Positions 51,613 through 64,000 of a DNA stretch of 64,000 nucleotides are shown here, in pieces. This DNA comes from Sphyrna mokarran. Lineage: Eukaryota. Positions within the stretch are counted from its first letter, which is position 1. The number at the start of each line of letters is the position of its first letter. The notes under the pieces are model-generated. The model was not told the origin of the DNA. It did no database searches and was given only the letters and a program-made list of their open reading frames with translations. Where the stretch lies: the NCBI GenBank assembly GCA_024679065.1, contig JAGIQG010000002.1, positions 31,682,001 to 31,746,000 of the forward strand, in the 5' to 3' direction. The translations under genes and the position numbers were made by a program.

Positions 51613-51974
51613 GTACAGAGAATTTTAAAATGCTCCGTGGCTTTATTGCAGAGTGTATCCATCGGCAGGAATTGCCCCTGGGGGCTGAACTGGGGGATTG
51701 AAAGAAGATGAAACACTTGAAATCGAAAGTTTCATTCACTGTTAAATCTTCATTTACTTTTCTTGTGTGTCAGTAAGGACTGAAGGCTAGTAATTTACCT
51801 TGGACAGGACAGGTACTCCATTGGCTATCGGAAAGTTTGCCTGGAGGTCATATATCCAGTAGATGGATTTTAGTGGTTACAATATTGTCATACAGGCATC
51901 TGTACAAATCTTATAAATAGATTAAAGGATGTTTGAAACGCAATATCTAACAAACATGCACTTTCTGGTCTTAT

Positions 51975-52272
51975 TAAAGAACAAAGAAAAGTACAGCACA
52001 GGAACAAATTCTTCAGCCCTCCAAGACTGTGCCAATTATAATGCCTTAACTCGACTAAAAAGAAAACTTTCTGCTCTTACTCGATGCGTATCCTTCTATT
52101 TCCTCCCTATTCATGTATCTTTCCAGATGCCTCTTAAATATTGCTAATGTGCTTGCTTCCACTCCTTCCTCTGGCAGCACGTTCCAGCACGTACCACTCC
52201 TGCACATCTCCCTTAAACTTTCCCCCAACTCACCTTGATCCTGAGCCCCCTTGTAATTGACGCTTCCACCCT
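51975..52272 (-). mobile_element. CR1 LINE 3' fragment
   Basis: Reverse complement closely resembles the 3' end of 28830-29472. Confidence 0.82.
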
Positions 52273-55171
52273 AATGTTAGAATAATTTACAACAATAAGA
52301 CAACTTCAGCAACAGAAGATGTCAGCCACAATTCTCCAGCTTCACCCGCAACTGGGATTTTCCAGTCCCGCTGCAACAAATGGAGTATTCCTTTCTCGCT
52401 AGAAATAATGGCAGGGTGAATGAGATCAGAGAATCCTGGCTGTAATTTATCAAACATTGACTAAAATATGTTTGTATATCAACAGTAAAGAAAAACCAGT
52501 TCCTTTGTGAGTCACCACACATAATATTGCAGTTATGCAATATTATGTCACAAAGATATTCATTCATTTGTATGGAATTCTCGTGGACACGATTCTAGCA
52601 AAAGCGCTAATCTATTCAAAAACATTGGGTTGATGCCTTCATTATAATAGCATTTATATGCTAATTGACAAATTGTGATATTACCCCACTGGATTGCACA
52701 CTGTCAATGAGTGCAGTCATTAAAAAGGCTTTTGTAACTCTCAAAGCTGGCTAAATGAACCTATGCTTCTAAAGATATCAGCAGAGATATCCAAAACATA
52801 TCAGTGATTATCTTATGTCCGTTGCTTTATTCCCCATAATTAAGTAACAAATATGAATTCTGTTCATTCACATTCAAGATTAGGTATGATGCTTCCCATT
52901 CATTCTTCTGGTACGTAATAAAGCAAATCAGTTGTCACAGTCCACAAAGGATCATGAGGATCTAATAACCTTGTATTATGCCCTCATTACACTTTACCAT
53001 TCAGTAAAAACTATACTTCACTATTTATTCAAAAAACTTCCGTAATTCTAAAAATCTCTATTAGATGTCCTTTAACCTTTTCTGCACAACTACAACCTTC
53101 CTTTGTAACTATTTTAATTGAATTGCTTTATTATTGTCACATGTATTAGGATACAGTGAAAAGTATTGTTTCATGGGCTGTATACGAACAAAGCATACCA
53201 TACATAGAGTACAAAGGGGAGAAGGAAAGGAGAAAGAGCAGAATATAGTGTTGCAGTTACAGGTAGGATGAGGAAAAAGATCAACTTTATATGTGATGGG
53301 ACCATTCAAAAGTCTGATTAGGCTGACAGTAGTTCAGTACAGTACTTGAGGACTAGTTTAATATCTGAGGTGCAGGTTTTTGAATGGGATGTTAAACTAC
53401 AGCCCTCTTGTGTATGTCTAATTGATTATATTGCACTATTCAGAGAAGAGCAGGGACCTTCTCCCAGAGGCCTGGCCACTAATCACTCCTCAGCGAACAT
53501 CAGTTCATTCATTTCACAAATTGGCTGCTGCACTTCCGACACTGCTATTGTCACAACACTTCAAAAGTCCATATTTAGTTATAAAGCTCTTTAGAATTTC
53601 CTGAGATCACAAATAGTGTTCTCCATTTCTTTTGCTTTTTAACTTCTAATTCCTAGTATTATTCTTGTGAATACTCAGTGTAGCATTGTGTGTGTATCTA
53701 TATGAAGGGTTCTGTGCAATCCCGGCTATATAACGTGTCACTGGACTGTTTAACTAAATTGTCCTTGCACATTTCCACTCATAGTAAAAGCAGGAATGTA
53801 AAATATACAAACAAATTCCCCAGTTGAGCACATTGAAATGTCAGTGTTGAGTCAGTGCAAGACAGAGATCTGCAACCCACAAGCATCCAAATGTTTCCAG
53901 ATGTTTGAAGATTTGAATATATGATGCAGACACACTACCAAATGTGATTATATGCCATCCTTTGCAAGGGGAATAGGAGTGGAGGGGGAATAGGATTTGT
54001 AGCAGTGTTGATACTGAGTCACCCAGTGCCGTTCTAAGGGACTGATTTAGAACAGTCAGTGCTCACCATGGTGTTTAAGATTAATCTTATCAGCAACTCT
54101 AATCAGCCGATCAGTTAGATTGGAGTTCCTGGAGTGTCCCACACTCTGCCAGTAGAAATCGAGCAGTAAAGTTGAACTCAGGTACTGTTATTCCAGCTGT
54201 CAGCGCCTCATGACTCATGAAAACGCTGTGCGATGTGATGAGAAAACAATAAAAGTAGGTCAGGTGCACAGTAGCTGAGTGTTCTGCATTTTTTCCATGA
54301 ATATTTTGGGAAATTACTGCAGCCACATTAATTGATGGTTTAACACCATCGATGCAATATTGTGGCAAATTTTCACCCATAGATTCCACATTTCAAATCC
54401 CATCTGGTATCAGAACACACCTCTCGTGAGGAACTTTCTTACAACCACTCTCACTCTGCCGAGCTGTGCATTGCTGGAATAATTGTGTAATTCAAACCAC
54501 TTGAGGATCCTTTTCTTTGGAGACTTAACTCGAGTGAGACGGTGTCAGAGAGTTTTAGTTGCAACATGTTCCGTTGGGGAAAGTAGTGTGACTGTCAACC
54601 AGGCACAGTTCGTCGGCCTATTTAATGAGCATATTAACACCGGCAATTATGAAAACACTAAACAGTAAAATAACAGTATGATATCAATGCTTTTACTCTA
54701 TCCTTTTACCATATGGTTCATTCCGCGAAAACCTTATCCACAGTGAGTAATGTTGACATGTTTCTGATATTTCAGCAGGCAAGCATAATTTAACCCTCAA
54801 CAGTCAAAGCTACCTACACAGTCTATTATACCCTCTCTAAACAAGTTCTCAAGTGTGAAATGTTGATTGGTTCTGCTTCCTAACAAGTGGCACATTTACA
54901 TTCAGCGAAGCAATGCCTACCTCAGACCGAATGGCTTTCAGAGCTGGAAACAATAGCACACCCCAGATATTTGCTGAAAGCTTAAGTTTAAACAGGAATG
55001 ACCACCCTCATAGAACCCATGATCAGAAAATCCCATTGGAAGTTCCACTGATGGCACAGTGGGCTTGTCCATTGAGTAGCTGAAACTTGCAGACATGGGA
55101 GGTCCCAGATACCATCTCTGGTTGATGGTGGGTCAGCTGATCTCAGCCAGGTGGAAGTGGAAAGCTTCAAT

Positions 55172-56246
55172 TCAAATAAAGGAAAGAACTTGCATTTATA
55201 TCACACTATTCACAACCGCAGAGTGTCCTGAAGTGTTTTATTTAGAATTATAGAATCTCTACAGTGCAGTAGGAAGCCATTTGGCCCATCGAGCCTCCAT
55301 TGACAACAATTCCACCCTGGCCCTATCCCCATAACACCATGTATTTACCCTAGATAGTCTCCCTGACAATGAGAAGCAATTTAGCATGGTCGATCCACCT
55401 AATCCTCACCTCTTTGTACCGTGGAAGGAAACCAGAGCACCCAGAAGAAACCTACGCAGACACAGGGAGAAAATGCAAATTGCATGCAGGTAGTCATCCA
55501 AGCTGGGAATCAAACTTGGATCCCTGGCAGCAGTACAAACCACAGTGCTTGCCCCAATTAGTTGTTGTAATGTAGGAAGTGTGGCAGCCAATTTTTACAC
55601 AGCAAGCTGCCACTAACAGAAATGTGATAAGGACCAGATAATTTTCTTATTTAGTTATGTTAGTTGAGGCGTATGTTTTGCCCAGGAGACCTTGGGTAAT
55701 ACTCCTGCCCTTCGGTGGGTGACATGGTGGCAAAGTAGTTAGTGCTATTGCCTCACAGCTCTAGGGACTTGGGTTCGATTCTAGCCTTGGGTCACTTTCT
55801 GTATGGAGTTTGCACATTCTCCCCATGTCATTGTGGGTTTCCTCTGGGTGCTCCAGTTTCCTCCCACACTCCAAAGATGAGTGGGTTAGGTGATCTGGCC
55901 GTGCTAAATTGTCCTTAAGTGTCTCAGAAATTAGTCGGGTAAATATGTGGGAATAGGATATGGGTGGGATTGTAGTCAGTGCAGGTTCAATGGGCTGAAT
56001 GGCCTCCTTCTGCACTATAGGGATTCTATTCTATGGTTCTTTGGAATGGTGAATTGGGAACTTTTACGTCTGTTGAAGAAGCGGATGGGGCCTCGGATTA
56101 ATGTCTCACCTGAAAGAGGAGACCAGCAGCAGTTCGACACTCACTGGGTACCGCACTGGGCTGGTAGATTTCTTGTGCTCACGTCTCTGGGAGCGGGACA
56201 CAACCCATAACTCTGACTGAGAGGCGAGGATGTGACTACTCAGCCG
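55172..56246 (-). mobile_element. Old Deu-domain/SacSINE1-like SINE with two nested HE1 SINEs (55243-55555 -, 55718-56040 +)
   Basis: tRNA-like head at the 56246 end, ggggcctcgg.ttaa.gtctca.ctgaaag core, aacttgcatttata tail; related copies at ~5780-6060 (-), ~47160-47285 (+), ~53320-53620 (+). Confidence 0.62.
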
Positions 56247-56587
56247 TTGCTTGCAGTTATTTTAGAGCCTTTGCATTAAGAAAGTAAATCACGGTTCCTC
56301 GCTTGATGTGGGCATTGGTAAGCGGCAGACCGGGTTCGATGATAATGCTCCATAGCTCCTGCCAGCACTTACCCTGAAGAATCACACATAAAAAAATACT
56401 ACCTTAGGCAAGGTGAAACTGTAATCCTGCCCTTCAGAAGAGGAGCAAAATGAAAAGCAAATGTTGAAAATGCTCAAGGTTGTCTTAGTTGATAATTAAA
56501 ATGGTCTATGCATAATGTATGCTTTTAGAGATAGCAGAAGCGTTGCAAGTGTTGCAAATTCTCATTACTTCTGTTTTCCGATTCCAG

Positions 56588-56680
56588 TCCCTACATCCCC
56601 TCCCACCTTGGATTCGGATGAATGTGACGAGGAGTTTGGAAACTGCCACAGCGGAACAGGTGATGGCCTCGAATTTACAG
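56588..56680 (+). CDS. NRP1: Neuropilin-1 exon (exon 11 homologue), b2-MAM linker with Ser-Gly GAG-attachment motif
   Basis: ttccag| and |gtgcat, 93 nt, phase 1-1; VPTSPPTLDSDECDEEFGNCHSGTGDGLEFTG vs human DECDDDQANCHSGTGDDFQLTG. Confidence 0.93.
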
Positions 56681-57044
56681 GTGCATAAATCCTCCTAACA
56701 CCACAACTGTAACCTTTCTCACTTGCTTCCTGTGTTCTCTGCTGTTAATGAGCCAAAAATCACTAAAACGCATGTCTGTCATCCAACTAATAAACAGCTT
56801 ATCCTTACAAATCTGTTGCTATCAACACCTTCCTTCCACTAATTGGGACTAATCCTTTCATGCTTGTTCTTCCATATTAGGAACTGCAGCACCACTTCAG
56901 AAGAATAAATAAACAAGCAATAAACCGACAGAGGCGCACTTGGTACAGGCTTACAATCAATGTACGGCTCGAATTAGGAATGCTTCATGGAAACCTGCAT
57001 TTCTGAATGAGCCCAAATTCCATTTGGAGTTTTGACTCAAATCA

Positions 57045-57362
57045 CCATAGAATCATCATAGAATCCTAACATTGCAGGAAGAGGCCATTCAGCCCATTGA
57101 ACCTGCACCAACAACAATCCCACCCAAACCCCGTAATCCCGTGTATCTTCCCTTTTAATCCTGCTGAGGGCAATTTAGCACAGCAAGTCAACCTAGCCTG
57201 CACATCTTTGAACTGTGGGAGGAAACCGGAGTATCCAGAGGAAATCCATGCAGACAAGGGGAGAATGTGCAGACTCCGCACAGACAGTGACCCGAGGTTG
57301 GAATTGACCCGAGTCCCTGGCTGTGTGAGGCTTCAGTGATAACCTCTGTGGGACCACGCTGC
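57045..57362 (-). mobile_element. HE1-like SINE
   Basis: Reverse complement, full length. Confidence 0.85.
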
Positions 57363-57856
57363 GCAGATCTCTGTCCTAAAGCAACATGGTCAGACTCCTG
57401 GAGGGAATTCTAACTTTAGACCTGCTTGGTTTTCCCTGCACAGTGGGGAATTTTAACTCTACCGCGTGCGTTTGCCAACTGATCAGGAACCTTGATTTAC
57501 AGTCGAGCAGCAAAAATTCCACCCCACACCAAATCTCACCTCCATCTCCTGTGCTAACATTTGCCTCCCCACTCCTTCTCTTACACTCTGCCCTTTTCAA
57601 AATTCCCCATGCCACATCAAAGACAAGCTATCAGCTTCTTTAAAATTCAACGTGTGTGGAGCAATCCCTCCCTAACTTGCACTGCAATGCTCACTGGTGG
57701 ATTGCAGCAATTAAAGAAGGTGACCCTCCCTCACCTTCTCAAGGACAGCCAGGGGTAAGAACAAATGCTCTTTTTTCCAGCGACATTCACATCCCCATGA
57801 AAAGAATTTTTAAAAACCTCAGTTTGGACCGTGAAGCTTGATTAACTCTGACAAGA

Positions 57857-58084
57857 TGTGGATTTGCGGGTGTTGGACTGGGGTGGGCACAGTAAGAAGT
57901 CTCGCAACACCAGGTTAAAGTCCAACAGGTTTATTTGGAATTACGAGCTTTCGCAGCACTGCTCCTTCATTGGGTGAGTCACTTATCACAGAGTCATCTG
58001 ATGAAGGAGTAGCGCTTTGAAAGCTCCTGATTCCAAATAAACTTGTTATTAGACTTTAACCTGGTGTCGTGAGGCTTCTTCCTG
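57857..58084. mobile_element. Penelope-like element terminal (pseudo-LTR) fold-back insertion with 14-bp TSD
   Basis: Inverted arms ~57889-57980 and ~57991-58085; TAACTCTGACAAGA at 57843-57856 and 58085-58098. Confidence 0.85.
57994..58030 (+). ncRNA. Minimal type I hammerhead ribozyme motif (Penelope type), partly decayed
   Basis: tcat-CTGATGA-a-ggag-tagcg-cttt-GAAA-gctc-ctga: intact core boxes, stem II with G-U pairs, palindromic AGCT stem III, stem I 3/4 paired. Confidence 0.7.
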
Positions 58085-59429
58085 TAACTCTGACAAGACA
58101 GTTTGTTCTTTATTCATATCCTAGTTTGTACTTCCAGCAAGAATCAGTGTCAGTTTTATGAGATCTCTGACCTGTCTTTGTCCCAGTTGTGTCAGACTGC
58201 GCCCTGTTTTAATGCCCCTTATCATATAGCACAACAGTTGCGGGTTGTCTGTGTTAGCATTTTCGTCAGGTATGAGCAGATCTTTAAGAAAAGATGAGAT
58301 CTAGTGGATAACAATCAGGAGTGGGAATGCTGACTGAATTAATTTTTCTCTCCTCCAGTTATGGCTCTGGGTCTACGACTTGTGCAATGGACATCTTTCT
58401 CGTTGCTATCCAAGAGCTTTTTTTTTAAGCTGCGTCCTTGCTGCTGGGCAAAAAAATCTGTCCTCATCTGTGAAATGCAGACTGACAGAAGCTGGGGTGG
58501 ATTTCTTTCTTTTTTCTTCAGTGCTGCAGTTTTGAAGGTATCATTTTTGCCGGCAGGGGTTGGTGGTAATCCGGCAGCCGACAGCGATGCTGTGTGGTGG
58601 CAGGACCAACCCATTGGAGCTGCTTGTGGTGTTATTGCCGCAGGTTTATAAATCTCCGGTGAGCTGCCGAGCAATTCTATGGTCAGTATTCACATTATGG
58701 AATACACTCCAGCAATTTACTGTTTTGTTCTAGAAGCCTCAGAACTTTAAAAATATCATTCTAACAAAAGATAAAGAAACAAAGGGGCTTTTTTAAAGTT
58801 CTTCAGCGGGAACATTGATATTTGAAGGAAATCGCAGCTTCTGAGAAGCTGCCATTTTGTATCATGTGCAAATAACTGAGTGACATTTTGCCTCCAATAT
58901 GAGTAAATGTTTTATAATGTACATATGCAGAACATTGGAATTATCTTATCCTCCTACTTTGGATTCAAATAAACATTAAACAGCCAGGAATGGTTTTAAA
59001 GGCTTTCCCTTTTTAGTTGTTGATTGTGTCACCTAACACAATGTGACAAATCAAGCCTATGTGAGTTGTAAAAAATATTCAATTTTTACTTCCAAAAAGA
59101 ATCCCTCTCCATCCTCCCCCATTTAATTATTCCCCTACCCTGTTTCGTAAATCTGTATTCTGTCTGTTCAGCCAGGGTTTGTTCCTATATATAAGACTAG
59201 CCATCAAATTAGATGTAGATATTGAATTGTTAACTAATATTAGAATGGATACTGCAAGTACTCAGAATTCATTTCCATGGCAATCCTTAATTTGTACTAA
59301 CAGGACAGCCATCATAGGCATTGTATGCTCATAAGAATCAGGTACTACAGATTGGAGGTGCTAAGCTATGGTCCCAAACCCTACACACATTCTCTCCAAC
59401 TGATTTCTGACCTTATTTCTATTCCACAG

Positions 59430-59489
59430 GTGGTAACATTGCTCCAAGGACAGAGGAACCAACGTTACCTGAAATGCCGGGGTTCCCAG
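59430..59489 (+). CDS. NRP1: Neuropilin-1 exon (exon 12 homologue), linker
   Basis: Pyrimidine tract + ccacag|, CAG|gtatgg donor, 60 nt, phase 1-1; GGNIAPRTEEPTLPEMPGFP, weakly like human GGTTVLATEKPTVIDSTIQS and the same length. Confidence 0.8.
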
Positions 59490-59749
59490 GTATGGATCAT
59501 GTCTGCTGAAAGTTCAAGTGCTTTATAATAGGGTGGTGAGAAGGGGAGAGGTTTCGGCAGCTTCTTAGATACAAGTATTAAAAGGATGATGTTTTGAAGA
59601 ATATGATAACAAATTGAGAAGGGCACAGCAGAAACACTAGGCTCCAAAAATATCCCGTGAGACTGAAAGAAGATTTATTAGATATTGCAAAATGATGACA
59701 GATCTGCTGAGAGATAAAATCTTCAGAATTTGGTGGTTGAATTTCCTGC

Positions 59750-60058
59750 TGTGTTATTGATTTGATTTGTTATTGTCACTATATTGTTTTTTGCGCTCTA
59801 TACAGACAAAACATATTGTTCATAGAGAAGGAGAGGAGAGAGCGCAGAATGTAGTGTTGCAGTCATAGCTAAGATATAGAGAAAGATCAGCTTCGTGTGA
59901 AGCAGGTCCGTTCTCCCGGCAGCAGGGAAGAAGCTGCTCGAGTCGGTTGGTACGTGATCTTAGACTTTTGTAACTTTCTCCTGACGGTAGAAGGTGAAAG
60001 GGAGAAAGTCCGGGGTGCATGGGGTGTCCTTAATTATGCTGGCTGCTCTGCCGAGGTA
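59750..60058 (-). mobile_element. Rex1/Babar-type LINE 3' fragment (related tails at 19510-19712 + and 53110-53320 -)
   Basis: HPGLSPFHLLPSGESYKSLRSRTNRL, matching the LPSGRRYRS..RTxRL end of Rex1/Babar ORFs; shared gtgacaataataaatcaaatc tail. Confidence 0.72.
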
Positions 60059-60994
60059 AGGGAGAAATGAACTCACCAGAGATTTGGCAGAGACCAGGTT
60101 TGCAAGTGTGAACAGAGATTTCACCGCACTTCAGTAGCGGTTCCAACAATGGAGCAGGAATGACCCCAGGAAAAGATATTCCCTGGTGCAAGGGTCAACT
60201 CTTTCAGTTTTGGGCAATCAGTGTCCACATCAAACACCCGCAGGGTAGGTACAGTGTGGGTCAAAGGCTGAGAAAAGGTCTCTTTGCCCTGCCCCAGCAA
60301 TGAACTTAACTTAATTTCGACCTCTGGGAAGTAATCCCCACAGGGACTAAGTTGGCGATTCCCTTTCACAGATCTATTTATAGTCGTAGGAAGGAACAGA
60401 AGACCTGAAGAGCTCTGCTGGTAGAATAACGAGATTCATGTTACTATGGTAACAGTTTCAACTCCAGTCGGAAACTCAAACTTGCTGTTAAAATATTACA
60501 CGACTTTCACGTGTCCTTAGCCAGGCTTCTAGGAAGAGAAATTATGGAAAACTAAATCTTTGCTGTTCTCACTGCCTGAGAGCACATGTCTTGTTTGTCA
60601 GTGTGTGGAAATGGCACTCTCTCTGAAAGCTTTTGATTGACACATTTACATCCATGTGATATGTGGACTTCATGTCATGTTGGTGCAACCAGATAAACAG
60701 ATGATGCATTGAATTCAATCTTTACAATAACTTCACACTGTGCTGGTCTGGCTGATTTATCTGATATCTACATACAGAAACATTTCTGAACATATCCAAA
60801 ATCAATGGCTGCCGAACAATCTATTGTTAATTTGGTGTTGAGCAAAGTTTGGCTATTTCCCATACTTCTGGCTCACCTGCGAACCTCAGGGTGGTGAAAA
60901 AGCCAGTGAACCATTTGTGAATGTGTCAGGCTATTGTTGCTGAGTGCTGATGAATGGGAAGGGTGTCTAACAGAATGAAGAGAAATACAATTAG

Positions 60995-61308
60995 GGTGGC
61001 ATGGCGGCACAGCAGTTAGCACTGCTGCCTCACAATGCCAAGGACCCGGGTTCAATCTTGGCCTTGGGTCATTGTCTGCAAAGAGTTTGCACATTCTCCC
61101 CATGTCTGCATGGGTTTCCTCCAGGTGCTCTGGTTTCCACCCACAGTCCAAAAACCATACAGGTTAGGTTAATCGGCCATGATAAATTGACCCTAGTGTC
61201 AGGGGGATTAGCAGGGTAAATATGTGGAGTTACAGGAATAGGGTCTGCGTGGGATTGTAGTTGGTGCAGACTTAATGAGCCAAATGGCCTCCTGTAGGGA
61301 TTCTGTGT
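60995..61308 (+). mobile_element. HE1-like SINE
   Basis: Full length. Confidence 0.88.
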
Positions 61309-61989
61309 TGAATGATTCAAAAAACAGGATCTTGCATTTGCAGGGAATGCTAATAAAGCTGTTATGAGCTTAAAATTTCTACCTATTTTTGAAGCTGTTA
61401 AAGACATTGCAGTGATCATTAGTTCTTTGGTGCAGAGTATTATTATTCCAATAAAATGGGTCTTTGTGCCTTTAATTATGACTTTGCTCGGGCAAAGCTC
61501 ATAAAATCCCACTGGGCCAAAGGAGAAGTCTGTTCTGCAGCCTTGGGGCAGGTGAGGTGGTAAAATTCCAGCCATTGAATTTAAATGGAGGCAGTGCTTC
61601 TTTAGCATGTTAGTTCCGTGCTGTACTCAGCACCACTAGTCAGCAGCGCAGTGATCTCACGCAGCCAGTACAAGCCTAAAGTAAGCCTGCTGGATTATTT
61701 ATGGCCCCTGCCTGGAAAGATTCAATTTTTAAAAATCACACAAGTGTTCTCAACTGCAGATTCCTATTGAATCTGACCTTTTTGACTGTGGGGTTGCTGC
61801 CAGCTGGGTGCAGCTTGTGCGCCACCAATCCACAGCACTGGTGTGACCCAACAAGTTGACAGCCAGACTAATAGCATTCACCCTCGCAGCTTCGGGTGAG
61901 AAGAAGTTATGCGATTGAAGGTGGAAATAGAGAAGCTGCTGCCCAAAAGCGAAGGGTTGCACTGCTGGTTTTGCAATGACAGCAACAGC

Positions 61990-62340
61990 CACAGACCCTG
62001 ATGGACTGCATTTGAGAGTCTTAAAAGAAGCGGATGCTCAGATATTAGATGTATTGGTTTTAATTTTCCAAAATTCTCCTAGATTATGGAAGGCTCAGAC
62101 TGAAAAACAGCGTAACTCCTCTAGTCAAGGAAGGAGGGAGACAGAAATAGGGAAATTACAGGCCAGATTAGCTTAATGTTTGTCGCAGGGAAAATGATGG
62201 AGCCTTTTTTTTTAAGGAGGTCATTGCAGGGCACATTGAAAATCTTAACCCAATCAGTCAACGTGGCATTGTGAAAGAGAAATCATGTTTGACTCATTTG
62301 TTAGAGTTCTCTGAGGAAGTACCAAGTAGGATGACCAACA
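61990..62340 (+). mobile_element. Decayed CR1 RT-region fragment
   Basis: DPDGLHLRVLKE..VLVLIFQNS; KEKSCLTHLLEFSEEV. Confidence 0.82.
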
Positions 62341-63406
62341 CCCGGGCACCCAGGCATGGGGAATGTTTCGACTGGGAGGGGGCATGGGAGATGGTGGTGA
62401 AGGCACATGCTGCCAAACCTGAAAGAGTTGTGGAAGTGCTGGTGAATCAGTGGTGGGGGAGAATGAGGGGAGGGAGCAGCGATGCTGGTGAACTGATAAG
62501 GGTGGGAGTGGAGGCTGCTAACCCTCAGGTGGGTCGCAAACTGTGGGTATGGGATGGGGTAGGGTGGCAGCACTAAGTAACTCGCTCTGACGCTGCCAGT
62601 TCATGACACCAGCACAGCCACAGATAAGCCAGAGCAGGTGGTGACCCTGGTATTAGACAACATGGTTAAAGAGAAACTTAGATTTGGAAATTTCAGAATT
62701 AATTTTATGCCCAAAATAATTTCTATGGCACTTCCTGCAGCCTCATCTTAATTTGAGTAACCACACAGATGATTAAGGTCTCATGTGGTTAAGCAATGTC
62801 CATGTTATGCACTGTTTCCCTAGTTTTGGGTGTTACCTTTACCCAGTTTATCCAACACAAAGGGAGTGGCTGTGTGTGAAATGTGTGAAATTTCACATCT
62901 TCTGAAGCTATATATAATATCTATCACTGATGTTGCTAAATGCAGACCAGAACTGCAAGGTTCTAATACAAGAATGCAACATTAGGATGAATCCAGGCAG
63001 TTGGTGCCTCTGCAGGTAGCAAGAAATACAATTCCAAAATATAAAGCTGTCATCAGAAACGCTGTCCTGAAAAGACTGAAATCTGACCTCTGGCCTGAGG
63101 GGTATATTTTGAGCAACTCCACAGAGAGATCAGTTCTGCGAGTCCTAACACAATAAATGTCCGCAAGAACTTGTATGGTCGCTTCCTAATCTGTGTATTT
63201 TGACACTGTAGTATGTCATGGAACAATACACTAACTAGGGTTTTTTTTAAAATAAATTCTGCAATAAAATGATAAGCTATAAAAATACCCAGATTTAATG
63301 AATGGAACTGTCTGTACTCAAAGCAACAGTGAATCATCCAAATTAAACTGCGCCATGATCATAGCAGTCAAGAACTTGCAGACATTTTCAGATCTAAATT
63401 TATGTG

Positions 63407-63743
63407 TAGCACAGTGGTTAGCACCACGAGTACCAGGGACCTAGGTTCAATTCTGGCCTTGGGTGATCGTGTGTTTGGAGTTTACACGTTCTCTCCATGT
63501 CTGTGTGGGTTTCCTCTGGGTGCCTGACTTCCCCCTACAGTTCAAGGTTGAGCAGGTTAGATGGATTGGTCAGGCTAAATTGCCTCCTTTTGTCCAAAGA
63601 TGAGTAGGGTTTGGTGGATTAATCATGGTAAATTCCGGGGGTCATGAGAACATGATGGGCCTGGGGAAGATGCTCCTTTAGAGAGTCAATGCAGGGTCAA
63701 TGGGCTGAATGGCCTCCATCAGCAGTGTAGAGATGCTGTGATC
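63407..63743 (+). mobile_element. HE1-like SINE
   Basis: Head, duplicated central module, tail. Confidence 0.85.
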
Positions 63744-64000
63744 CTAAGTTGATATTAATACACATTTCTGACTCTGTGAACCACAATTAAACTGATGACA
63801 GAGCAATACTAGGGTCATGATTTTGTCATTGTTAGCAGTTCTGAAATGTTAGCTTTAATGAGAAATAAATCTTACCCGAGCTGCTAATTTAAGTGGCTGA
63901 GCATCAAATGCACCGGCAATTTTTTGCCATTGAGCTGAATCACTACAACTCACCTTGTCCAATGCAACAAAAGGCTGTCGTTGCTGTTCTCCATCACAGA

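Noticed and set aside
2866-59489. Gene is NRP2 or another discoidin/CUB protein
   Set aside because: GCKITDYPCSGMLGMVSG, GAISKET and the DECD...NCHSGTGD linker are NRP1-type.
59490-64000. NRP1 exon 13 (start of MAM domain)
   Set aside because: No FNCEFGW-like frame with splice sites was found; it probably lies beyond the window.

Overview
Vertebrate genomic DNA, almost certainly a cartilaginous fish (shark-type HE1/V-SINEs, CR1/HER1 LINEs, Deu-like SINEs, Penelope remnants). The whole window lies inside one + strand gene, neuropilin-1 (NRP1). Eight internal coding exons (homologous to human exons 5-12, numbering recalled from the human gene; 1257 nt, 419 codons) encode the end of CUB2, both FA58C domains b1/b2 and the b2-MAM linker. 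Phases join into one open frame only if intron 9 uses a GC donor. The introns hold many retroposons and MITEs and a ~100-unit 29-bp minisatellite interrupted by two LINE insertions. I see no wholly new protein-coding system. The most interesting signals are: a fold-back Penelope end with a 14-bp target-site duplication and a minimal hammerhead ribozyme on the sense strand of intron 11; several local inverted templated duplications; a short telomeric insertion with a flanking duplication; and sequence hallmarks of the NRP1-delta7 and soluble isoforms known from mammals. Repeat boundaries are approximate and family names come from recognition, not from a database search.
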